A stretch of DNA of 62,040 nt, the filler included, from Sphacelaria rigidula (Eukaryota), in NCBI GenBank assembly GCA_964200075.2. It is 10 parts of 10 records of this genome, joined end to end, with 100 filler letters (N's around TTAATTAATTAA, not from the genome) between each part and the next. Parts side by side here need not be neighbours in the genome. Positions count along the whole stretch, not along the records: positions 6,215 to 12,328 come from CAXNAA020022129.1; positions 12,429 to 18,542 come from CAXNAA020022130.1; positions 18,643 to 24,756 come from CAXNAA020022131.1; 7 more parts are not named here. The stretch is one strand, 5' to 3'. Under the pieces are notes generated by a model. The model was not told the DNA's origin and made no database searches. It saw only the letters and a list, made by a program, of their open reading frames with translations. Numbering within the stretch: position 1 is the first letter of the stretch; each line of letters begins with the position of its first letter. The position numbers and the translations under genes are program-made. Positions 11,301 to 23,389 of this stretch are shown here, one piece after another.

Positions 11301-13016
11301 GTCGTGGACGGCTCATTACAAAGTATCCTTCGCACTCATGAGGCCCCAATCTTCTACACATATACTATATTTTGAAAAGAGTGTTCCGAAAATAACACGT
11401 GTTTCATGTTATCTTGTTTACTGTGCAATGTTGTACGAGTTAGTTAACCCTTGGCGATCTTTACCCGCATGTGAAGGGTCGTTTTGGAAGCGCAGTAAAA
11501 CTGTTCCGAGAGTACATACATACATACATACATACACGTACGTTTTTGCTTTTCATGCTGTGTATGTGTTTCCTCGTCATACTCACAACCTTCCCGCTTC
11601 CTCGGGACCAACCTGTAGTCGCAATCAAGAGATCAACTTCACACGCGGCCATTCGGCTACCTGTAGAGGATTTTGTGAAACGAAACCCTCCCTAGCGTCC
11701 GTTTTAAAAATGCCCTGTAGAGGATATTGGGCATTTGTAATCCTCTAGAGGGTTCTCGAGGTTGGGGTCTCGCTCGAAGGTCTGTGTCGAAATCCTCCGG
11801 ATTGTACGCGCATGCTATGAAAAATGCAATTTGGACGACCCCTGCTGTTCGAAATAAATCCTTCAACCCGACATCGGGTTGAAGGATTTATTTCGAACAG
11901 CAGAGGCTGTACAAATCCCATATACAGTGGTAATTGGAATTTGTAAAGCAAAAGCTCTTCAAAACAAATCTTTCTTTTGCCCATCAATTCATGCTGTAAT
12001 TGGGCAAAGGAAAGACTTGTTTACGAGCAGTCTCTGCTGTTCGAGCCCCACATACGAGTGTATGTTCACACGGCCGCGCTACACAACTTTAGCCGGTGGG
12101 TATGTGGTACAATAAGGGTAAATACCTCGCTATTGTATTGATACAGATTCTCAAAACCCCGTAGTCCATGGTCGACGAATCGAACGAATACCGCCAAACA
12201 TTGTTTTCATGCATGTACTTTGATATGACGATCACAACGAGAATAAGCACGCGGTTTGGTGCTGTATATACTGGACTGCGTACAATACCGTACAGGACAG
12301 TACTATACATCGTGCTTACACTTGTACGNNNNNNNNNNNNNNNNNNNNNNNNNNNNNNNNNNNNNNNNNNNNTTAATTAATTAANNNNNNNNNNNNNNNN
12401 NNNNNNNNNNNNNNNNNNNNNNNNNNNNAGATGAAGAACATACACCTGTTGTGCAAACTCAAGGAAAGAGGAGGGGAGTGGGGGGGGGGGGCATACTCAT
12501 TTGTTGATTGCCTTAGTCGTTTGACCACTGACCACGCATCCATCTCGAGACGGAGCGCCGTTCCTACTTCTCAAGAGACACCTCCAACATGTGGGTGGCC
12601 ATTACGTTTCTTCCATACATTACACGAGACGTTTTACAGATTTTCATCTCCTCCCATGATTCGCCGTCTGTGGCCACCATCCACGTCCTAGTATAGCAAC
12701 TGTTTTCTCATATCTGCCCAACTTGTTGAGTGGGGGGGGGGAAAGGGCTTCAGAATGTTGATGTCCATGAACATCACATTCAGCACCTTACAAAAATGAA
12801 CCTCGAAACTCCGTTTGTCGGAAAAAACAAAGCTCCGGTAGGGAACGAGGGCGGCAACCCTCACGTACAGTACGTACGACACTTGAAACAAAAAATGAAA
12901 AAAGAAAAAAACGTCGGTAAAACGGCTTCCGGGAAGAGAAAAAAACGCGGGACACGCGTACGAATTGTGCTACACACAGTAAAACAAAACACACATAGTC
13001 TCAAGACTGTTCACAC

Positions 13017-13185
13017 TAGAGGGCCGAAGCTCATGAGAGTATGGCGGAGCGTGCACTGCGCCAAGTTGATCGAGGGTTTGAGTGGGAGCATCCCCCGCAC
13101 TGCCTTGAGCAAAGCTTGCGAACACTCGAGGCGCCTTCCCCGTATGACTGCCGCGAGGCAGTGTAGCCGAGCCTCCGGGTAATCA
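13017..13185 (+). repeat. Dispersed ~170-bp repeat (second copy ~15937-16105)
   Basis: Shared GAAGCTCATGAGA...CGTGCACTGCGCCAAGTTG...TCGAGGCGCC...CGCGAGGC. Confidence 0.8.
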
Positions 13186-13462
13186 GCACAAGAGCTCGCT
13201 TGCGAGGTAAGTGGTGAGTTGGGCTTCCTCCTTCCGTCGAGGAAAAACAAAAACAGTTCACAACGTAATCCGCGGCCATCCATTAACCCCTACATGGCGA
13301 GAATAGATAATCTGTGGAATTGACATCAATATCACGTGAAAAAAGGATGATGCATTATCCAGATGAACTATCCTCGCGGTCTAAGGGTTGATACAATACA
13401 TCGATCCATCGGTCATTCGATCGATTTTCACTCAAGAGCAACCAACACGGCATGGACACGAC

Positions 13463-13626
13463 CTTCGCATGTGTATCGCCCCGCCTTCGAGGGAGAAACG
13501 CTCGTAAGGATCCAAGCCCTGCGCTCGGTAGTCGTCCATACTCTCCAGCTCTTTCCGCACCGGCAAGCACACGAGTCGTGCCCAATGTTCCCGTGTCATG
13601 CTGGCCCACCCCTCAAAGTTTCGTCC
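13463..13626 (-). CDS. Next internal exon of the same unidentified gene (frame not in ORF track)
   Basis: gagcag| then GRNFEGWASMTREHWARLVCLPVRKELESMDDYRAQGLDPYERFSLEGGAIHMR, donor AG|gtcgtg. Phase-compatible with 14155-14283. Confidence 0.6.
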
Positions 13627-14154
13627 CTGCTCCCCACGTTTTGCGAGGGTAGTTGGTGTTGTCAGTCAACATGCTGCCATGAGAAATACGTTTTTTTCTA
13701 ATCCGATCATGAACTCGAACTCACTTTAAAAATTCTCAACAGAAAGCATGGACACGCACAAACCGGCAGAAGATGGACACGTTCACGGGCAAGCAGTGGG
13801 AACACACCGATTTGAAAATAATGGAGATGATGAAAATGAACAATCATTCCCATGATTATTCCTTACTTGAATATTGTTATTGTTTTGGTTATGTGATCAT
13901 GTATTTAAAATATTCATAGCAATATATGTATTAATAATAATACTGAATAACAGTAAGGCTGGCGATAATGATGATACGATCGTCAACGGCAAAAGCGAAC
14001 GCAAAAAAACATGTGCGATGAAAAAATATATAACAAAATGTGAAGCATCCATAAAAATATCACCAGGCGCTCTTCTCAAAATCTTCTTCTGATATCTCCT
14101 CTTCTTCCCCAGGTCATTATTTTCGACATCGATTACCCTTCCATATTTACTCAC

Positions 14155-14283
14155 CGCCGCAGCACCATCGCGTTGCAAATTGGCCAAGACCTGCTGGATG
14201 ACGGCAATCTCTTGGTCCGTATAGTGGACCGTGTCCCCCTTTTCCGCCTTCTCATCGTCCTTTGTACTGCTCGTCAAGCTCCT
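14155..14283 (-). CDS. Internal exon of an unidentified gene (upstream of 13463-13626)
   Basis: gcaacccag| acceptor, only one open frame (RSLTSSTKDDEK...YTDQEIAVIQQVLANLQRDGAAA), strong donor GCG|gtgagt, phase 0-0. Confidence 0.7.
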
Positions 14284-14524
14284 CTGGGTTGCAAGTGGCG
14301 ACAGACAAACGATCGACACCAGGGGCAGAAGACATGCTTTCTCCATAACTTCTCGTTAAAGGATGGATGGATACAGACAGATGAGCACCAAACAAAGCGC
14401 AAAGGGAGGGCCCAATGTTACCGCCGTGTACTGGTCACCCAAGGCCGTGCCTTATTTATTACTATTATTAGTATATCAGTATATCAGTATATTGGAATAT
14501 TATTTGTGTGTGTGTATGTGTTGT

Positions 14525-14795
14525 CGTCCCATTTATTCTGGACGCCGGTATATACCTTTCGGTATACGTGGGCACACCAGCCGGGGCCAACCAGGAGGAA
14601 GGCCAACACGGGCGTTCTCCTCTTCTGTTTGTTTTGGTTCTCCACCTCCCTCCTGCGGTGCTTGCCTTTACTTTTTTTTATCGCGAGGGAGGTTCAGCAG
14701 TCCCTTTCCCTCGTCGACCATCAACTCGAATTTAATTATTACTGTTGTTACTTCCGCACATTAGCCGATCTCTCGAACCCGTGGTTACAGCCGTA
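14525..14795 (-). mobile_element. SINE family B copy (body and B-box remnant)
   Basis: Reverse complement aligns with 46070-46280 (GGTCGACGAGGGAAAGGGACTG.TGAAC...ATACCGAAAGG...GGCGTCCAGAATA.ATGGGA). Confidence 0.75.
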
Positions 14796-15624
14796 GGCTC
14801 ATCTTTCTGATTTCACTCTCCCGATTTTTTTCACTTCCGATGAAAAGCCCTGCTCACTTGATTTCTGGTGAAGAGCCCTGCTCATCTGCACACCGTTTGG
14901 CACCAAACACGCTGAATTGTAAAGGGTGCAGAAAAGCGCTGTACTGTACTGAATGTAAGATGTACTGTAGGGTGCGTACCCCCACCCGCCGCACTGTCAC
15001 GACCGCTGCAGCCAACAATGCTCCACCTGTGCAGGTGCTCATCTACACGTGTGCACATCGATGAGTGATATACCGAGTGATACGAACCTTTGCTCAATAC
15101 AGTACATACGGTAAGTCGAGCTCTCAGAGGCTTCATGGTTTTGAACTGAACCAGTTCTAGTTTGAAAAGACGGAAGTGTGTATGGGTGAATCGGGATAAA
15201 ACATGATAACATAATCCTCGTCCGGAGTACAGAGATCGGATTGTGGTGTTTGAAGGTTATGTGAGCATAATTCTAGCTGCGGGCTATGAAGCGGGCTGAC
15301 GTATTTCATGTTGAAGTGATGAGAGTCAAGAAAAACTTGTATTCCGGATCGGAAGGTCAGAGCAGTAGGGGTACGTTGAAGGTTAGGTTCAAGAAACAGA
15401 GCGTCCTTTTGACATGTATCGGACTTTTGTACGTGCAAGAACAACTGGCTATTGGGTGTCCTCTGGGGCTGAAGAGTGAGTTATTTGAGAGTGAACATCA
15501 CGGGTTGGTTGTCAAGTACGACAGAAGGGGTGAAGAGACACGAGGGTAAGAGCAGGAGGTAGATTCTGAGCGCACCCCCGCGCGTTTACTGCTTTTCATC
15601 TCCTGGTTTTGGCTCACTTTTTGG

Positions 15625-15846
15625 CAGGGATGTACATTACCGGGGATGTTCCATGTTACCTTGGGCTGTTGTGGTGCTGGCGGACTTTTTCAACAATGAG
15701 GGGCCCCTCTGATGAAGAGACCGGGGTATGAGGGGGGGCCACAGTGAACTCCCCGGAATATCCGTAAAATTACCCGGGAAAAACCATGATATCTACTGCC
15801 AATGTCACTACCTGTAATTAGCGGTAACAGGTGATGTACATCCCTG
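15625..15846. mobile_element. hAT-like MITE
   Basis: TIR CAGGGATGTACAT(T/C)ACC at both ends. The 8-bp flanks ctttttgg / tcttctgg match only 5 of 8. Confidence 0.65.
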
Positions 15847-16548
15847 TCTTCTGGTCTTGATCGCGAGCTGTGTTTGTGTTCAGTTAAAATCACTTATTTT
15901 AGTGGGGCGACACAAAGTACAGTACAGATAATCAACAGAGGGGCGAAGCTCATGAGAACGGGGCAGCGCGTGCACTGCGCCAAGTTGCCGGGGGGGTTTC
16001 ACGGGTTCGACCCCCCAACACTACCTTGAACAAAGCATTCCAAACGATCGAGGCGCCGAGCCTACATGACCATCGCGAGGCGGTCTGGCCAAGCCTCGGG
16101 GTGATTGGTACGTGGTACGTACACGAACCCGCTTGCGGGATAAGTGTTGGGTGAACCTTCCCCTCCGCACTTCAAAAAGAAGAAATGGAGAGAAACGGGT
16201 TCGACTCCTCCAGTTGCGTATATCGGTCTTTTTTCAAATATATCACACCTTAGGCAATAGATTATACAGTTCAAAAGCGTACTGCGTACAGTATCGACTA
16301 CCGCGCCTGTTGCAATAGACGATGTACCGACAGGAGAGATGGGTTGGTTTCTTGGGGGCAACAGACTCGTCCCAGGAAAGTGCCATGAAAAAGACGACAC
16401 TCTACCGCGTGATATATTGGGTAACATCCTAGAATATACCGACATAAAATATCAGGACGATGCTGCGACCTGATGTTTTTTATCCCGGATTCATCCGTAG
16501 AGGCGCGCCGGCGTTGCCCATGTCATATTCCAGTTCTATTGATGAGTA

Positions 16549-16843
16549 CCTCAGTGGTCTAATGGTCCGACTGTCGCCATTACGGTGGAGAGAACATGGG
16601 TTTCGATTCTCGATGCGTTGGGTTTTTTTCGGAGTATCTGATTTTCACGGTCGGAAGCGGGAGTGAACGAGTAGGGCAAAAAGTAGTTGACTGAGTTTGT
16701 TTGACGAGAGTGGACGTGGTGCAGAAGTGCTGTCCCAATCCGTGACACCAAAAAGCGAGGTGTGCATCGGGGATGATAGGTTGATCTCTTGAGACCACGG
16801 ACTCGTCCCGAGGAAGGGAAAGGGTTCAAAGTGCGACAAAAAA
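16549..16843 (+). mobile_element. tRNA-derived SINE family A, near full length
   Basis: A box TGGTCTAATGG, B-box-like GGTTTCGATTCT. Colinear with the reverse complement of 51258-51564 and ends in AAAGTGCGACAAAAAAA. Confidence 0.8.
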
Positions 16844-17699
16844 ATGCGATGCATCATTTCATTATTTTATTTCATTATTTTATGATTTGTTGCACTCTGA
16901 ACCCCTCCCCTTCCTCGGCATGAGTCCGTGGTCTCAAGGGATCAACCCTTATTTCCCCCGGTGCATCATATAGATATATATTCTCCATCAGGGTCTCCTC
17001 TTCGCGTGAGAGAAGTATCACCTGGAGCTCGCCCCTGCGGTGAGATGACTCACAATAGAAAGAGGTATATTTCTAATGAGTGGGTACAGTGGGTCTGAAT
17101 GAAAAGACTCATGTGACGGAGGAGGTGGCAGTAATCCTCATCGTCCCCCATGTATATTTTTTCCTTTCTAATCCCTGCCTTCGGTGGTACCCCTTCACCT
17201 ATGTGGTGTGTGGTCATGTGTGTTGTGCGTGGTCCACCTTTTTTCTCCTGCTATGGCTAGCATATTCGGACGTATGGCTATCTCTCTAGAGGTTCAAGGA
17301 TAGAAACATGCCGTTCTTGTGGCAATGATTATTTGTCATTTCTGGTTATGGAGTTTGGCCCCTTTTCTGTTCGGCCTCCCGTGTTGAGTGCGAACGTTCA
17401 GTTCCGCCTCTAGTGGTACGAATGGTCGTTCGCAGCGCCGGATATTATGAGATCAGCAACGTTTCTTCTTTTTCATTTCTTGTATCGCGTCTCTGTGAAC
17501 TTTCCTGGCTCCTGCTTTCGCTTTGTTTGATTTCATTGTATCTTATTTTGGGTAGTTGCCCGTGATCGCGGAAGGTGTTCGCATCACATGCCCAGTGCGG
17601 AATACTGCGCAGTTACAGGAACGATTGTTTTCAACCCTTCCAGCACTGGCGATGGGAAAGTGTGGGTTTCGAGGAGCTGTTTTTCGACCAAATCGTTAA

Positions 17700-18240
17700 A
17701 CTTTTACAGAAAAGGAAAACTGTTGGCCCGAGGCCGGATGTTATGGCAAACACATTTTTGGCCCACGGATTTTTCACTTTTGGGACGTTTAACCCATTTT
17801 TTGACCCCCAAACAGGGAAAATGGCCAACACACGTCTCGGACACTTTGCATCGCCCCGCAGAGAGGAGCCTGGCCTACTTTTTAGATTCGCTTGGCTCCA
17901 AGGTTTCGAGGTTGGCCGCTGGACAATAATTCGTGTGCAACAATCTGTGCTTGCCAACATACGGCAGTTTGATCAATAATCTGTGGAGATCGCCGTAGAT
18001 TTTTTTGCACACGGCTTATTGTCCGGCGGCCACTCTCGAAACCTCGGAGCCAAGCGAATCGAAAAAGTAGGATAGGCTCCCTGTGGGGTGATGCAAATTG
18101 TCCGAGATGTGTGTTGGCGATTATCCCTGTTTGGGGGTCAAAAAGTAGGTCGAACGTCCAGAAAGTGAACTATCCGTGAGCCAAAAATCTGTGTGCCATA
18201 ACATTCGGCCTCCGGCGAATTTTTTTCAGACCCGTATAAA
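17700..18240. repeat. Long imperfect inverted repeat (fold-back or MITE)
   Basis: Arms ~17700-17930 and ~18015-18240 are reverse complements (for example TTGACCCCCAAACAGGGA / TCCCTGTTTGGGGGTCAA and GATTCGCTTGGCTCC / GGAGCCAAGCGAATC). Confidence 0.85.
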
Positions 18241-18760
18241 AATGTGCCCCAGTGTAGCATGGGACTCGATACATGAAAAATAGATAGGTGGTGCCGATTT
18301 TTGTTCGTGTAGAGTCCAGACACACAAGCGCTGATTTTGGCCCTATGCACAAACTTGAACGCACTTCCCCTTTGCGTCCCTTTTTTAGACAAAACTAATC
18401 CGACCGCACCTGGCTAACATTCTTGGTGCGTGTCTGACGTATGCTGGTAGGTTTTTCTGTGCCCCTCCGTCGTAAAAATGTTTCACGGTTAGGACAAATC
18501 ATCACGACTCGAAATCACCAAATCCACGATTTCTTCGGCCTGNNNNNNNNNNNNNNNNNNNNNNNNNNNNNNNNNNNNNNNNNNNNTTAATTAATTAANN
18601 NNNNNNNNNNNNNNNNNNNNNNNNNNNNNNNNNNNNNNNNNNTGGGCACAACTCGCGATACATCGTGAGTTAGAACGGGCTGAAGGAAAGTGAGCTTCTT
18701 GGGCGGCTCAGCCTATATCATTGAATGAAATTACACACGCGGAGAGCGTTATTGAAACAG

Positions 18761-18859
18761 ATCATAAGAAAAAGGCCTGGCGCATACCCAGAGTATTGGC
18801 AAGGCTTCTCAACAGCAGCTGTCTCGATGTACAGCTGGCTGCCTCTAGATGCCTTGCAC
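18761..18859 (+). CDS. Possible exon or pseudo-exon encoding an armadillo-like repeat
   Basis: gaaacag| ... C|gtaacc, 99 nt. The peptide IPRVLARLLNSSCLDVQLAASRCLA fits the ARM pattern. No partner exon found. Confidence 0.3.
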
Positions 18860-20164
18860 GTAACCCCAAACCATTATGCGATTGCCTTCTGTATGTAAGA
18901 TCGTTGACTCGAGATTTCAGTAGGGATGTGGTCAGCGGATCCTCAGTGATGAAGCAGTCGAAGCAGTAGAAGACAAGTCCCAGGATTGCAGAGTCGTGAT
19001 GTCGTGTATTGATTATTGCTGATGCTAGGCCTAGACTCGGAAGGAAGTCTCGACAACGAAGACAACGAAGTGATCGACGGGTGGTATTTCCTCTGATTGC
19101 GTAAAACTGGAACATGAGATATGTATAGTCTTAGCAAACGGAGGAAGACGTAATGCTGCCTCGGGACCTGGTATGATTCCTGGATCGATCCGTGACATTA
19201 TTTTCGAGCAGCACGCGCGCTAGCGTTTTCCGTGTTGTCGACACCGTGCCAGCGCGCTTGTGCACCAAGGCGCTGTATTTCCCTGTGGCAGCCCGTCACG
19301 GTAGTGCTCCTCATATTACACCACGCCTTATTCGAAAGCACCCAGAAGAGATGCCAGCGAGTCCATCGTTGTTGCTCTTGGATTGTGGTGAATCAGTTGT
19401 TTTTCGATAGAATCCCCGCATGCTGCGTGTTGTACCAAATAGTATATGCCGTACCAGTTCAAAAAACTATATATACGCCACCGACATGCTCTAGTTATCA
19501 TGGACTGTGTACGAGGCGCGGGAAGCGTAGTTTTTGTCAAGGAATGCAAGGACGCAACCATACCGCAGTACAGGCAGTGTGAAACACGTGATTCGAACGA
19601 GGCACAAGATGAAGCGTTTACATTATGCTAAATACCTGGGCGTGTTGGTACTGAAACGAGTCCACCAGTCCCTCCACCGCCTACCGTACGAAGGTAGCAA
19701 GGGTTGGACGAATCAATGATTCGTCCGGAATTATTCGGTTTTTAGTATAATTGATACGTACCCTACGAATCAATTCTGGGGCTTTTTTTTATCAGCGTTG
19801 CAACCCAGATACGCATAGCCCAGGCACGTGGAATGGCACAAAAGTTACGTGGAGGCCTGTTTGACCAGCGGTCGACCTTTTTCTCTCTTTCGAGCAGTAA
19901 GGCCTGAGAAATCGTGGGTTTGGTGATTTAATCGGCAATAATTCGTCCGAACCATGAAAGATAGATACCACGCGCAAATTACACAAGAAGTTACGGGTAG
20001 AGTTTTTCACTTCAGAGTAGAAGGGCCAAGCCAAGACCACTCCGGTTTCACCACCGAAATCCGGGACCGCAACGTCATATCACAGTCACCGAACTAAATT
20101 GAAATTGGAAGCGCCCTGGACACAGGGCAATCTATAGTGAATAATGTAGTGAAAACTGCTTGTG

Positions 20165-20890
20165 GTTGGCTCGCAGGGTCCAGTCACACCTGTAGTGTAC
20201 GCCGAGATGAATAGAACAGCAGCAAAGAAATGGAGCTGCGAGCAGACAAGCAGACAGCGAGTGGTACATTGCCGCCGCAGTGGGTCATTGGGACGCTCGT
20301 GTATCAGTATGTCCCCATCTTAGTATGGCGGGTTGTGGCTTTCCGTGGCCGCGAGCGCTGGCGCCGATGCCAACGGCAGCAGCAGCCGTCATGCTGACGG
20401 GTACAAGCAGTATCCTAGCGGCGCAATATATCCGCACTGTGCTGTGCGTTGCACCTTTCATTGGAGTATGGGGTCTGGCCCAGCCGGTCGAGCGGTGTAT
20501 ACTAGTGCTGGTTGCCTGCCTTTACCCAGCCATACTCGGTATCGCGCACGTGATGGGTCCGGGTAACGTGGAATTTTCACAGACAAGTCAAGTGTGTAGA
20601 CAGCAATGCGTCCCGACGGGTACTATATGTTACAGAGAGACGAACACAATACAGCAAAGCAATCTCAGCGGAGATCGAACAGTCTTCGCAACGTCTGAAC
20701 ACACCACAGAACAGTGATATCTACAGCACATGAGAGCGGAGGTGAGTGAGTGTGTTTGTGCTGCAGTACAGTGAAACAAGACATGTCCCATGTTTGACTT
20801 CTTCGGCTGATTTCAAACGAGTCCTCAGTGTTTGCAGGATACCGATATTGAACGCTCGGACATAACCGCGCTTCGCGCAAACAAATCAAT
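20165..20890 (+). repeat. Dispersed repeat. Internally deleted copy at ~56388-56780
   Basis: Shared TTGGCTCGCAG..TCCAGTCACACCTG, GCTCGTGTATC.GTAT.TCCCCATCTTAGT and TCCTCAGTGTTTGC...TTGAACGCTCGG.CATAA blocks. Confidence 0.8.
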
Positions 20891-20942
20891 TTACTATAAA
20901 ACTATCCCCATGCATGGGTCCTGTGCCGCAAATTGGTCTCAA

Positions 20943-21354
20943 CACGGGATCTTGTAAACTGGGCATGGATTGTATTTCGGGGATGAGAAACCAAATCTTC
21001 GAAATATGCTTCCATTTCTTCATCTACTGAGAGCATTTGACAACTGTTACACGCCAGAGAAATTTGGATTTCGATCACCGACATGTTGAGGTCCTCGGTT
21101 GAAAACCAATTTGGGGGAATTTCGGGTGTCCGAACGGACGACAAAATGGTTCCGAAAATGGTTTTTGATCTAGGACCCCAACATTTTGGTGATTGAAATC
21201 CAAAGTCCTTTCGCGTGTAACAGTTGTCAATAGTTATCAGCAGGTGAAGAAATAGGACCATATTTCGAAGATTTGGTGTGGATACGAAGATTTCAATTCT
21301 CCGGGTTTGTCATCCCCAATGAGGGATCCATCCCCAATTTGTAAGATCTCGTGT
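20943..21354. mobile_element. Palindromic MITE, older copy of 49087-49527
   Basis: Starts CACGGGATCTT and ends TTTGTAAGATCTCGTG. Colinear with the 49-kb copy. Confidence 0.8.
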
Positions 21355-21493
21355 CTCTTTGGAGACTCGTATTTTGGCGTATGATCTGCATACTTTTCTG
21401 TTGCTTTTTCCGTGTATTCCTTGTCTTGTTCTCTGATCAAGTCTGGTTCATTATCACAAGCAGTTATGGTAATGTCGGATCCTCTGTGGGGTA

Positions 21494-21717
21494 CCGTAAT
21501 TGTGCGAGTCATCGCACACCCCCTGGATCGAATTTCAAAGCTCCATTACTCCATGACGAAGAGGGGTGCAAATACCAAACGACACGTACGTTTTCGGAGA
21601 GGTATCGACGAGATCTTTCCAGCGTCACCCTTTTCAGAAGTGATGCTCTTCTTGTTGTGGAGTAATCGAACTTTGAAATTCGGTCCAGGGGGTGTGCGAT
21701 GACTCGCACAATTACGG
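21494..21717. mobile_element. Tc1/mariner (Tc2/pogo-type) MITE
   Basis: ~48-bp near-perfect TIR CCGTAATTGTGCGAGTCATCGCACACCCCCTGGA..., flanked by TA on both sides. Confidence 0.9.
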
Positions 21718-22569
21718 TAACTATCAAGCAGATGAAATCGTGAAAATTGTGTTTTTCCTGCCGTTTCGGTCGACCATGACCTGAGCAGGAACTCCGACGT
21801 ATCCGTCCCTGCTCCCGAGCTTGAAGCAGTCCTGTTTTCGGACGGAAAGCGGTGGAATAACCGGCAACTCGCCTCCTATGTAGCACACGGTCGCTTCTGT
21901 CACAAGCTCCGTTACCCTGCGGTCTATGAAGGAAACACGTCAGGCCCATTCAAAGGAAGACGTTTCTGCAACCACGCCTTCCCGCCCCTCCACGCCTCTC
22001 CGCATACATATATGGAATATGACATACAACAAGGTGAGACTTCGAAAACGCTTGTCGCCACATCGTCTCGCAACCCGTTTTCCGCCCTACCCATCAAAGA
22101 ACTCCGCGAATGAATCGGTTTCTGCATTTTGCATCTTTTCAAGGCGTGAGAGCACGCACAAAACATTTTTACTCGCAAGCTGCGTGCAGCCACTTCGTCG
22201 CAGAGTGATGCTACGTTAGGGGTACACAAATATTTTCTGAGGTTAGAGTTGTTAGGAGCGCTTCATCTCATCCAAAACACGACTTACGAAAATATGCGAA
22301 AGTACGCCAGGATTATTATTCCAATGTGCCGGGGATATTCCGAATGAATCTGCAAACGGGGATGCTCTGACCTATATTCTTGTGCATCTATATATTCGTT
22401 AGGAGCTCCTGAACCAGAAAACATTTCGTGAAACAAATGCACCCCTACCGTAGCATTGCTCCGCAACTGCACAAGATCGAGCGTATTACCAAGGCGTGCA
22501 AAGATATTAAGCCCCCCCCTCCGGAGGGCGTGCACACCCACGCCCCCTACTCGTGCCAGAACTAGGCAT

Positions 22570-22716
22570 CTATAGACAAGAGGGCGTGACGACTCTCACG
22601 TCGTTATTACCGAAGTCTGCTATCGCCATTTTCCCTCCCTTGACGGGAGAGAAAGCGACCGCGCTCGGCATGCTGACCGTTGCGTCGCTCGCGATGCTTC
22701 CATCTCCACTGTAATT
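22570..22716 (-). CDS. NHL-repeat protein, terminal exon
   Basis: gtcgcag| phase 0, NYSGDGSIASDATVSMPSAVAFSP...MAIADFGNNDVRVV...stop. The splice rebuilds AGTGVQNYSGDG. Confidence 0.85.
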   Translation of the reverse strand, partial: NYSGDGSIASDATVSMPSAVAFSPVKGGKMAIADFGNNDVRVVTPSCL

Positions 22717-23134
22717 CTGCGACTCCACCGCCGCCCACGCACGTTGCCGTTTTCCACCGCGGCGGTGACGATTGACAGACATAGAGTGACGGACGGAAGG
22801 AAAGTAGAAAGGAGGTAGGCGGAGCTCAGTTTTTCGATCTAGTTCGCTCTTGACGGTGTAGTACGGGCTAGCCGAGGTGGCGTGTAATACTTCGGAGTGG
22901 GCTCGTGTGAGGATTTGGCGCCAAACAACGGTCCGAAATCGACAAAATAAATCCAAGTAGTGAAAGGATATTCTGGCTAGACCTTTTGAAATGCAACGGG
23001 AAGCGTTATTGTCGGTATATATTTTCGCCCGGTACGCGCTGCTTCAAGTGGCGCCTATCCCCCTGTATATGTCTGGAATCGTCCCATCCGCGTCCCGTTT
23101 CTGCAGTATCTTTCGTCATGATTGAGTACGATAC

Positions 23135-23389
23135 CTGGACACCCGTCCCGGCGCACGTAAAAATCTCTACCGCCGTCGTCACAGCTCGAACCCTCGCTCC
23201 GTAAAACTCGGTGACGTAGAAGGTGTTGCTCTCGTCCACGGCGATCCCTTTCGGGTACGCCATGGTCGCATCTCTCGCCCGCCCGCCATCGCCGGATGAA
23301 CGGAAGACTCCTGAGTCCCAGGTGCCGGCCGCGAGCTTGACGGTAGGGGTACCTCCATTTCGCGGAAAGATCCCCTTCAGAACAACCCC
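23135..23389 (-). CDS. NHL-repeat (beta-propeller) protein, penultimate exon
   Basis: SGDGGRARDATMAYPKGIAVDESNTFYVTEFYGARVRAV...FTCAGTGVQ is a typical NHL repeat. Donor CAG|gtatcg. The acceptor position (aaacaag|) is less certain. Confidence 0.85.

Noticed and set aside
12788..12882. Third exon of the contig-3 gene
   Set aside because: The acceptor is plausible, but the frame and donor are ambiguous and there is no recognisable motif.
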